From positions 1 through 42,749 of the IMG/VR virus record IMGVR_UViG_3300012041_000016: DNA of 42,749 nt. One strand, written 5' to 3'. Origin of the DNA: a virus. Below the pieces are notes generated by a model. That model did no database searches. It worked only from the letters and a program-made list of their open reading frames with translations, and had not been told where the DNA came from. The position numbers and the translations under genes are program-made. Of the stretch, positions 31,799 through 38,259 are shown in pieces (positions within the stretch are counted from its first letter, which is position 1; each line of letters starts with the position of its first letter).

Positions 31799-32001
31799 GC
31801 GAGGACCACCCAAACGTGCCAGCCTATTTCGCGCTGTTCCATCGTTATCACTGGCACTACGCGCCCCCTATCGGGCCGATCCTGCCAGGATATGACTATC
31901 AACTCTGGTGCAAGTGGTGCGGGTTTCGAATGACGGTCCCCAACCCGAATAGTCCCAATCCGATCCAGGATCAGAAAGTGGGACTATCGGATGATAAATA
32001 G
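31795..32001 (+). CDS. Small hypothetical protein coupled to int
   Basis: 68 aa from the ATG overlapping the int stop (ATGA at 31795-31798). 'MSEDHPNVPAYFALFHRYHWHYAPPIGP...WCKWCGF'. Confidence 0.4.
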   Translation: MSEDHPNVPAYFALFHRYHWHYAPPIGPILPGYDYQLWCKWCGFRMTVPNPNSPNPIQDQKVGLSDDK

Positions 32002-32151
32002 TGCAATGAAATCAACGGGAAAGAAACAGAAACGGCTATGGGTGGCGACCCCGAGTGGGTCTTCGTATTTCAGCGAAATAAGCCGTGAATCCGCGTCCCA
32101 ACAGCGGCGGTTTCTTCGTGAGGTCTTGCATGATTTCAGGAGGTAGTCCCG

Positions 32152-32424
32152 ATGCAACATGAAATCACGGATGAGATGGTGGAGCAGGCAATTGCGGCTA
32201 TCGCAATCCACTCGACAACTTACATGCAAATGCGCGCCGCCCTCGGCGCCGTCGCTCCGCTCATCAGGGCGCAGGGGATGGGGGAGGCGGCAGAGATTGC
32301 GGCTGCGCGAAAGGAAGATTTCACAGACGATTGTGATTGGGTTAGCGGTTGGCGGACGGCATTTGACCGAATGGAGGACTCCCTCCTCGCCCGCGCCGCA
32401 GAGCTAGAGAAGGCCATCCCATGA
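32152..32424 (+). CDS. Hypothetical protein (moron-like, beyond int)
   Basis: 90 aa, AGGAGG SD 8 nt upstream. Confidence 0.6.
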   Translation: MQHEITDEMVEQAIAAIAIHSTTYMQMRAALGAVAPLIRAQGMGEAAEIAAARKEDFTDDCDWVSGWRTAFDRMEDSLLARAAELEKAIP

Positions 32425-32729
32425 GCCCTACTCAATACCCTCCCGACGAAGCGGATTTTTCCGAAGAATGGAAAACCGACCTGACCTCCCCCGCGCTGGT
32501 CGATGACGAGAAGCTGGTGGAGCGGTTGAATGCGCTATTTGAAGAGATGGACATTGACGCCTGTAAGGAAGCCTCTTCCCGCATCCAATCACTCTCGGCA
32601 GAGGTGACGCGGCTGCGGGAGGCGCTGTGGGACTGCCTGCTCTACGGGGTTGAAAATGGCGACTGGGTCGATAAACAAGCCCGCGCCGCGCTCAGCCCGC
32701 CTTTAGAAACACATAGCCCAAAACCATAG
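32421..32729 (+). CDS. Hypothetical acidic protein (moron-like)
   Basis: 102 aa, ATGA-coupled to the upstream ORF. It converges on the last lysis-cassette gene. Confidence 0.55.
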   Translation: MSPTQYPPDEADFSEEWKTDLTSPALVDDEKLVERLNALFEEMDIDACKEASSRIQSLSAEVTRLREALWDCLLYGVENGDWVDKQARAALSPPLETHSPKP

Positions 32730-33096
32730 TGCTAACGACCGCCTCGGCTGCATCAAGGTCGGAAACAAATACGGAGAAATCAGCATCCAAGCCCAATCCC
32801 CGCACCCAGAAGCGCAAGGCCCAGTAAAGCATGACGGACGCGACGAGGGTATAACTCCACAGCCGGAAAAAGAAATGCTTCCGGTCTTCCTTGCCTAGAT
32901 CGGCCTGGAGCCGCTTTATTTCTATTTCAGTGTCAAGCTGTTTGATCTCGCGCTCTAATTGGATTCTGCGCGCGTCGTTTTTCAGCTTCTCGGCCTCGAT
33001 CAGAAGCTCTTTTTTGTGATCCAAGATTTTAGTGAGCGAGCCGAGCCCCGCCGTGCCCAGGAAGTTCAAAATCATCGGCAGGATCAAGGCGATCAT
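32692..33096 (-). CDS. Membrane protein of the lysis cassette (N-terminal TMD, coiled coil, two C-terminal TMDs)
   Basis: 134 aa. 'IALILPMILNFLGTAGLGSL', a charged coiled coil, then 'FFFRLWSYTLVASVMLYWALRFWV' and 'AVVSTMVLGYVFL'. Lower GC than the neighbouring genes. Confidence 0.55.
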   Translation of the reverse strand: MIALILPMILNFLGTAGLGSLTKILDHKKELLIEAEKLKNDARRIQLEREIKQLDTEIEIKRLQADLGKEDRKHFFFRLWSYTLVASVMLYWALRFWVRGLGLDADFSVFVSDLDAAEAVVSTMVLGYVFLKAG

Positions 33097-33314
33097 GGCG
33101 TCGGCTTCTTGTTGCTCGTCCAGTAGACCGCAATGAAGCCCAACACCCCGGCAAGGCTGTAGGTCGCCGCGCTCTCAAGCTCGGTCGGCGGCGGGTCCGT
33201 CTCAAGCCCCATCATGGTCATGACAGCCTGAATAACGAACGTGGCGATCTGCACGCCTGACGTGGCGAGGATGCCGCCGACATAAGCCTTGGCCGCTCCG
33301 AGATCGAGGACCAT
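33093..33314 (-). CDS. Two-TMD holin/antiholin candidate
   Basis: 73 aa. 'AYVGGILATSGVQIATFVIQAVMTMMG' and 'YSLAGVLGFIAVYW'. Confidence 0.55.
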   Translation of the reverse strand: MVLDLGAAKAYVGGILATSGVQIATFVIQAVMTMMGLETDPPPTELESAATYSLAGVLGFIAVYWTSNKKPTP

Positions 33315-33317
33315 GGC

Positions 33318-33491
33318 CTAGCCCACAGGCGGGACAACGCCCGTCAGCACTTCCCAGAACGCCGCAACCGCCATTGCAACGGCGGTGAGAAGCGTGGTGA
33401 TGATGCCCCACGCCTGGGCGAACCCGTACTTGTAGACCAGCACGCCAGCGGCGGCGAGGATGGCAAGCACGGCGAGAATGAAAAACCACAT
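33318..33491 (-). CDS. Two-TMD holin candidate (57 aa, below the ORF-track cut-off)
   Basis: MWFFILAVLAILAAAGVLVYKYGFAQAWGIITTLLTAVAMAVAAFWEVLTGVVPPVG. It lies directly downstream of the endolysin. Confidence 0.55.
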   Translation of the reverse strand: MWFFILAVLAILAAAGVLVYKYGFAQAWGIITTLLTAVAMAVAAFWEVLTGVVPPVG

Positions 33492-33493
33492 GG

Positions 33494-34069
33494 CTACTTC
33501 CTCCTAAACAAAGATGCGATCAGATCGAGGATGGCTTTCAGAATGCCCCTGGGAGCCGCAGGCGCGGGCGCTGGGGGCTGTTCTATGTCGGGGGGTACTG
33601 GAGGTGGGGGGATTGGCGAAGAGCCACCAGAACGCCGGAAAAGGGCCTCCTCATCGGCGCGGCGGTTGACCAGCCCTTGCAGCACCTTGCCGCCAGCCTT
33701 GCGCCAGGAGGAGAAGGCATTGGCGGCGCCCTCCATGTCCCCGACGTTGAACAGCTTGACGAGGGTTGATTTGGCAAAGTTGCCCGGCCCGATATTGAAG
33801 CACAAAGAGGTCATGGCATCGAACTGGTTCTGGGTTGCCGGGCGGGTGATGGCATTGGCCACGGCGGTTTCGTATTTGACCAGGTCGCGGATGAGAATGT
33901 CCTCGGCTTCCTGCCGGGTGATTTTCATGCCGGGGACAGGCTTGGGCGGGCCTGCCATGGCGGTATGGCCGAAACCGATGGTCCAGACGCCAACCGCGTC
34001 CGCATAGGCATCGAGCCTGACGCCTTCCCATTTCTTTATGAGGTCGATTCCGGTTCGGCTAGTTTTCAT
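33494..34069 (-). CDS. GH24 lysozyme-type endolysin with Pro-rich linker and C-terminal amphipathic helix
   Basis: 191 aa. 'LIKKWEGVRLDAYADAVGVWTIGFGHT' carries the catalytic Glu/Asp/Thr pattern of T4-lysozyme-like muramidases. The C-terminus is 'PIPPPPVPPDIEQPPAPAPAAPRGILKAILDLIASLFRRK'. Confidence 0.85.
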   Translation of the reverse strand: MKTSRTGIDLIKKWEGVRLDAYADAVGVWTIGFGHTAMAGPPKPVPGMKITRQEAEDILIRDLVKYETAVANAITRPATQNQFDAMTSLCFNIGPGNFAKSTLVKLFNVGDMEGAANAFSSWRKAGGKVLQGLVNRRADEEALFRRSGGSSPIPPPPVPPDIEQPPAPAPAAPRGILKAILDLIASLFRRK

Positions 34070-34072
34070 TGC

Positions 34073-34243
34073 TCAGTTCCATCGATAATCCCTCTCGCCT
34101 TCACGCGGCGCGTATTCCCCGGTGATCAGCCGCCATAGGCGGGCATGGGCTATTGCATCAGCCCACGATCTGATCGCGTCTATGCGCCAATCATACTCTG
34201 GGCTGATTAGGTTGACTCCATCTCCAGCGCCCGGTTTAGACAC
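34073..34243 (-). CDS. Possible small protein upstream of the endolysin (start unclear)
   Basis: The protein-like part 'VNLISPEYDWRIDAIRSWADAIAHARLWRLITGEYAPREGERDYRWN' has no in-frame ATG nearby. The GTG at 34243 is the nearest candidate start. It overlaps the preceding ORF. Confidence 0.3.
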   Translation of the reverse strand: MSKPGAGDGVNLISPEYDWRIDAIRSWADAIAHARLWRLITGEYAPREGERDYRWN

Positions 34244-34371
34244 TGGTTCGCCAGTTGCATGAGCGCCCGCCGATTTAACTGCGTGTGATGTGATGTGCCG
34301 TCTTCCATGAGGATGCGGAGATAGGCGTGGTTGTCCCCGTCCGCGACTATCATCCATGACTTAATGGTCAT
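34207..34371 (-). CDS. Possible small protein (54 aa)
   Basis: 'MTIKSWMIVADGDNHAYLRILMEDGTSHHTQLNRRALMQLANQCLNRALEMEST'. No clear SD. The ORF-track start 34455 would overlap the upstream gene by 50 nt. Confidence 0.35.
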   Translation of the reverse strand: MTIKSWMIVADGDNHAYLRILMEDGTSHHTQLNRRALMQLANQCLNRALEMEST

Positions 34372-34405
34372 GTTAGGAACTGTCGGCAGTTGCGCGGGGG
34401 TGCCG

Positions 34406-35464
34406 TCATTTTGAACGCAGCCAAGTGAGGTATTCAGCACCCTGTTCAATGTCATCGAAGGCTAACACCGAGCCGGGATTGCTGGGATCGAATATGGTCA
34501 GGATTGAACAGCCATCTTGCTGCTCCTGAATGCCAAGGTGGCGCGTGTGGTCGTCGAGAAATTTGTAGCCGCGAACGCGCAACAGGGTTTGCGTCAGATT
34601 GCGTTCGGCATTCTCGAATCTGAAGACGCCCCAATTGTGCTTGTCGCCGCAGACCAACAGGTGAGCCTCCTGGCCGAGCATTGCAGCCTTCATCGGGCCA
34701 TGCATCGGGTTCCACTGGGAATGGCCCTTGAAATTATGCGCGGCGTGAATGCGGAATTGCGCGGCGTTTGGGAACTCAAGTATAAACCGGGCTTCCCAGT
34801 CATGGCAGACGAGCTGTTGAGTCCCGTACCGTTTCGCCATCTGGGCGAGAACGCCAGCGCCATCACCCCAGGCGTCGTGGTTTCCTATCAAAAAGACCAA
34901 CCACTTGAGGCCAGCCTCAAGCATGAACCATGCGGCTAGTCGCTGAGCAGTTTTTAAGCTGGTGTCTTGTTTAGAATAAAGATGGACGAGCCGCCCCGAC
35001 CAATTATTCGTGGTATCTCCGATATTTGAAGTCCAGATTCCCGGCGTTTTGTTGCAGATTTCAATGTGCTTTTGAAGCACGGGCCAATTACAGCCGTTAT
35101 CGTCAAGATGCGGGTCGCCCATCCACAAGATGCCGATAGGCTTCTTATCTTTGACCTTGACCGTGAACCAAGTGTGCGCCTTGTGCGATTCCCACCGCTT
35201 TACAAAGCTGTTTGACATGTACCCGATGATTTGCTCAATCGGGAGGTTTTCATCGGGGAATGTTGGCAGTTCAATCGCCGGTTCCGGCACGGCGGGTTCG
35301 GCGCGGTTATGCGCTTGCGCCGCCATTACTCGGCTGATGATGGTCTGACGCGGTATCCCTGACGCTATCGCTGCCTTTGACGGGCTGCCGTGCTCCTCGA
35401 TGAGCAGGACAGCCTCACGTCGCTTGGCTTCAAGCTCATCCTTGACCTTGACTGGAGTTACCAT
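34406..35464 (-). CDS. N-terminal HTH fused to a calcineurin-like metallophosphoesterase
   Basis: 352 aa. HTH-like 'SPSKAAIASGIPRQTIISRV'. MPP motifs 'LWMGDPHLDD', 'IGDTTNNW', 'FLIGNHDAWG' and 'LLVCGDKHNWG'. Confidence 0.7.
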   Translation of the reverse strand: MVTPVKVKDELEAKRREAVLLIEEHGSPSKAAIASGIPRQTIISRVMAAQAHNRAEPAVPEPAIELPTFPDENLPIEQIIGYMSNSFVKRWESHKAHTWFTVKVKDKKPIGILWMGDPHLDDNGCNWPVLQKHIEICNKTPGIWTSNIGDTTNNWSGRLVHLYSKQDTSLKTAQRLAAWFMLEAGLKWLVFLIGNHDAWGDGAGVLAQMAKRYGTQQLVCHDWEARFILEFPNAAQFRIHAAHNFKGHSQWNPMHGPMKAAMLGQEAHLLVCGDKHNWGVFRFENAERNLTQTLLRVRGYKFLDDHTRHLGIQEQQDGCSILTIFDPSNPGSVLAFDDIEQGAEYLTWLRSK

Positions 35465-35528
35465 CCATTTTTAGCTTTCGGTCGTTGACGGGAAAGCGCA
35501 AACTTGAAACGCAGGTATTCAGAACAGG

Positions 35529-35774
35529 TCATCGGAAACGCTTAGGGACACGACGCCATCCGTCGTCCCAAAGAATTTGACCTATAATTTTCTCTGATTT
35601 GGTCGCCGCAACTTCACTATCGTCGTCATGAGCGATGTGGTGGCCCTCATGAACCAACGTGAAAAGCCTCTCTTTAGGACCGAGGCGTGGGTCAATCTCA
35701 ATTTTGTTTTTGCCCAGATAGGCGAGGCCATCGGCCCCCTCACGGCCAAGTTTGCGTTCGCGAACCTTGACCAT
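35529..35774 (-). CDS. Minimal HExxH (zincin-like) protein
   Basis: 81 aa. 'LFTLVHEGHHIAHDDD' contains HEGHH. Confidence 0.5.
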   Translation of the reverse strand: MVKVRERKLGREGADGLAYLGKNKIEIDPRLGPKERLFTLVHEGHHIAHDDDSEVAATKSEKIIGQILWDDGWRRVPKRFR

Positions 35775-35979
35775 TTGTCACCCTGCGAAACAATGAGCCA
35801 TTGCAGATGGTGTGAACTTTGCGGGCGCCGAACCCGAATACCCGGCCTATGTAAGACGGCGCATAACCCGCCTCATACATCTCGCGCATAAGGCGGACAT
35901 CATCAGCACTGAAATGCTCTGCGCGGGCTTTCTGCAAGCGCACCGGGAGCCACTTGCGTTTATATTCATCAGCCGTCAT
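35740..35979 (-). CDS. Small putative HTH protein
   Basis: 79 aa, ATGA-coupled to the upstream gene. 'DVRLMREMYEAGYAPSYIGRVFGFGARKVHTICNG'. Confidence 0.5.
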   Translation of the reverse strand: MTADEYKRKWLPVRLQKARAEHFSADDVRLMREMYEAGYAPSYIGRVFGFGARKVHTICNGSLFRRVTNGQGSRTQTWP

Positions 35980-36311
35980 GACGGCTCGCCCGGCTTCTTC
36001 TCGAACGCAGCAGAATGGTCGCCGCCGATTGAGAAAACGAGACAGCCTTCAGGGCTGACAAGTACAAAAGTCCATGAGGTTGTTTCAGGATTTCGTGCTA
36101 GAATGCCGGTAGAACCGCGCGGGCCAACGCCGACAATGGCGGGCGCTTCGCCTATCGCCTCAAGCCCGGCGAATAGTTGCGCTGCTGGATGACAGACGCG
36201 CTCAGGGGATGCGGGGGGAGTTGGCGGCGTTGGTTGCTGCGCGAACGCGACAGGCGCGACGACAAGAAACAGAAAGGCAAGCCCTAAGAGTTTGAGGGGA
36301 TGTAAAGGCAT
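35976..36311 (-). CDS. Exported protein (signal peptide)
   Basis: 111 aa. 'MPLHPLKLLGLAFLFLVVAPVAFA|QQ' is a signal peptide with an AxA site. GAGG SD. Confidence 0.6.
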   Translation of the reverse strand: MPLHPLKLLGLAFLFLVVAPVAFAQQPTPPTPPASPERVCHPAAQLFAGLEAIGEAPAIVGVGPRGSTGILARNPETTSWTFVLVSPEGCLVFSIGGDHSAAFEKKPGEPS

Positions 36312-36598
36312 AGGAACCTCGTTGAGGTAGCGCAGCCATGGAAACGCCCGTCTTGCGAGTGCCGCGTCTTCTCGCGAGGCATGAAGCCGCGAACGGGGAA
36401 GCCTTGCTTAGAGAAGTATGAAACTTCGTATCCCGTTTCTGTTTCTGTGACGCTCTCTATGTCCAAAGGCTCGCAGTCCTTTTGCGAACAGCAGGCCAAG
36501 TCGTACCAACTATGAGCCAGTGCCAGGTTCACCGTCATGAACAGGCAGAACAGCGCAGCGAGAGCGAGGAGGAGAAAGGCGATATAGTTGGGCTTCAT
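36284..36598 (-). CDS. Exported Cys-rich protein (signal peptide)
   Basis: 104 aa. 'MKPNYIAFLLLALAALFCLFMTVNLALA|HS', then 'WYDLACCSQKDCEPLD...HGCATSTRFLCLY'. Confidence 0.6.
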   Translation of the reverse strand: MKPNYIAFLLLALAALFCLFMTVNLALAHSWYDLACCSQKDCEPLDIESVTETETGYEVSYFSKQGFPVRGFMPREKTRHSQDGRFHGCATSTRFLCLYIPSNS

Positions 36599-36909
36599 GG
36601 CTGTCTCCGGGCGGGCAGCCTGTCCCGTATTTCATTGAGGATTTGACGGCTTTCGCGAGAAAACTCTCTGAACTCTTTGAGTTGTTCTTCAACCCCCGAC
36701 AAGCGCGAAAACACCTCTTGCCAATCCTTGCGCCTCGCCTCGCGCGTCAGGTCCAAGTAAGTCTGGATTTCGGTTATATCTTTTTTTGTCTCGGCTACGT
36801 CAGCCGTTAGCCCGCTAATCCACCATCCGATCCCGAACGTCTGGATTAGAATGGCGCCGATAATTGAAATCGGCACTTTCTTGTCAAGGTGCCATTGGTC
36901 ATCGTCCAT
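36595..36909 (-). CDS. Single-pass membrane protein with coiled coil
   Basis: 104 aa. TMD 'ISIIGAILIQTFGIGWWISGL', then a charged helix. GAGGAGG SD. Confidence 0.6.
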   Translation of the reverse strand: MDDDQWHLDKKVPISIIGAILIQTFGIGWWISGLTADVAETKKDITEIQTYLDLTREARRKDWQEVFSRLSGVEEQLKEFREFSRESRQILNEIRDRLPARRQP

Positions 36910-36995
36910 GCGGCCTCCTCATCGAGGTTGCGTGGTTAGGGGGCTGGCGGTCGTAGGAGCGCCCGTCAGTTCCCGCTCATGATTTGACTTGGGGG

Positions 36996-38258
36996 CTAAC
37001 CGATCATTCCGCCAGCACGACCGACGCCGCCGCCGACGACGCCTGCGCCGCCACCGGCAGCAGCAGGGGCTATGTAAGCGACCATGCTGCCTACTATGGC
37101 AACAGAATCAGTAGGCGAACTCGTCGGAACGGTCCCGATGGTCAGAATATCGTTGGCGGAAACTGAGACAGAATCCGACGTGTTCTCTTTTTCCAGCTCG
37201 TCGCCAAGAGTAACCGTCAACGCTGTGTCAGACTGGCCGCCGCCCGTACCCTTGCGAAGCGTCCATGTTCGGGTATTACCCGATCCAGGCGAGACGTTGG
37301 CTTTGATATACAGTTTCCGCGCAACAAAATCTATTGGCGCGATTGCATGAACCTGCGATTCCACCGAAGTAGACGCGGCGCTGCCGCCGGCGACAAAACC
37401 ATATCTTTCAGCGGTTACAGCGCCGCCGGTGAAGGTTATAATTCTTGAGGCCATAATAGATTCGCCAATAATATCTGGCACGAATCGGACTGACCAGCCA
37501 GTCGCGCTGTAAGCGGGCGACGGCCCTGAACTTGTCATTGTAAGAGAAATTGTATCATCCGCCGCAAATGTAACCGCGTGGCCCGTGTCTGTGTCATTGC
37601 CAGTGACGGCCCCGTCAACAATGCTACAAGTTAGCCCCGTCGAAGAACCATTCTTGTTTATCGTGAACGTTAGCGTATCGCCTCCCGCGCCGGGGGCTGT
37701 CTGTACTCGCACATACAATTGGTCCACAACTCCAGCGCAAGGCATACGTGCCGAGACATTCGTTTCCGCCGACGTGCTGGCGGTCACAGAGGCGGGGAGG
37801 AAATAAGTCGGGGCTGTGGTCGCAATGAAAAATCCAAAGATGGCTGACTCGTTAGCGACAGAACTTTCAAATACACAGGAGACCGGCGTGCCGTCTGTCT
37901 GCGCTGTCGGTGTTCCTGTCGGTTCTGATTTGATGCTAACGTCATCGCCGGCGGAGATAGACAGACTATTCGTGGTATCGCGACCGCCTTGAGCGCCATT
38001 CTGAACCGTAAACTCTGGCCCCGAAATCGTCGTGCTGCCGTTCTTGCACATTCCGACGCGGTATGATCCAGACGCAATCGCTGTCTGGAAGACGCCGGTT
38101 AGGTATTTGAACGACCCTGCAATCGGGACCGGCATCCGGGTGGCCGCAATTTGCGACTCCCATGTGTTACCTCCAGAGGAAGCAATCGTGATATAACGAC
38201 TAGCGGAGGTTGACGGAGCGGAAGTATTAGAGTTGGAGCAAAAAATGACTGTTTGCAT
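36996..38258 (-). CDS. Fibre-module protein built from three tandem domains of about 125 aa, with a Gly-rich C-terminal tail
   Basis: 420 aa. Repeat register: 'MPVPIAGSFKYLTGVFQ...ISAGDDVSIKSEPTGTP', 'MPCAGVVDQLYVRVQ...FAADDTISLTMTSSGPSP', 'IAPIDFVARKLYIKAN...VSANDILTIGTVPTSSP'. It ends 'AAAGGGAGVVGGGVGRAGGMIG'. Confidence 0.6.
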   Translation of the reverse strand: MQTVIFCSNSNTSAPSTSASRYITIASSGGNTWESQIAATRMPVPIAGSFKYLTGVFQTAIASGSYRVGMCKNGSTTISGPEFTVQNGAQGGRDTTNSLSISAGDDVSIKSEPTGTPTAQTDGTPVSCVFESSVANESAIFGFFIATTAPTYFLPASVTASTSAETNVSARMPCAGVVDQLYVRVQTAPGAGGDTLTFTINKNGSSTGLTCSIVDGAVTGNDTDTGHAVTFAADDTISLTMTSSGPSPAYSATGWSVRFVPDIIGESIMASRIITFTGGAVTAERYGFVAGGSAASTSVESQVHAIAPIDFVARKLYIKANVSPGSGNTRTWTLRKGTGGGQSDTALTVTLGDELEKENTSDSVSVSANDILTIGTVPTSSPTDSVAIVGSMVAYIAPAAAGGGAGVVGGGVGRAGGMIG

Positions 38259-38259
38259 T

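Noticed and set aside
31915-31950. tRNA-like string gggtttcgaatgacgg, resembling a T-arm (GGTTCGAAT), as a possible attP core or tRNA fragment
   Set aside because: No complementary T-stem, acceptor stem or CCA context could be built. It lies inside a plausible small ORF. No other tRNA-like cloverleaf was found in any intergenic region.
31984-32229. Minus-strand ORF 31984..32229 in the int-distal gap
   Set aside because: It has a Cys/Arg/Leu-rich improbable translation and no SD. It overlaps the start of the well-supported plus-strand gene at 32152.
36284-36909. The TM coiled-coil protein plus the following exported protein as an i-spanin/o-spanin pair
   Set aside because: The second protein has an AxA signal-peptidase I site and no lipobox (AALFC does not fit L-[AS]-[GA]-C). 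The pair is also 2.2 kb away from the endolysin and holin genes.
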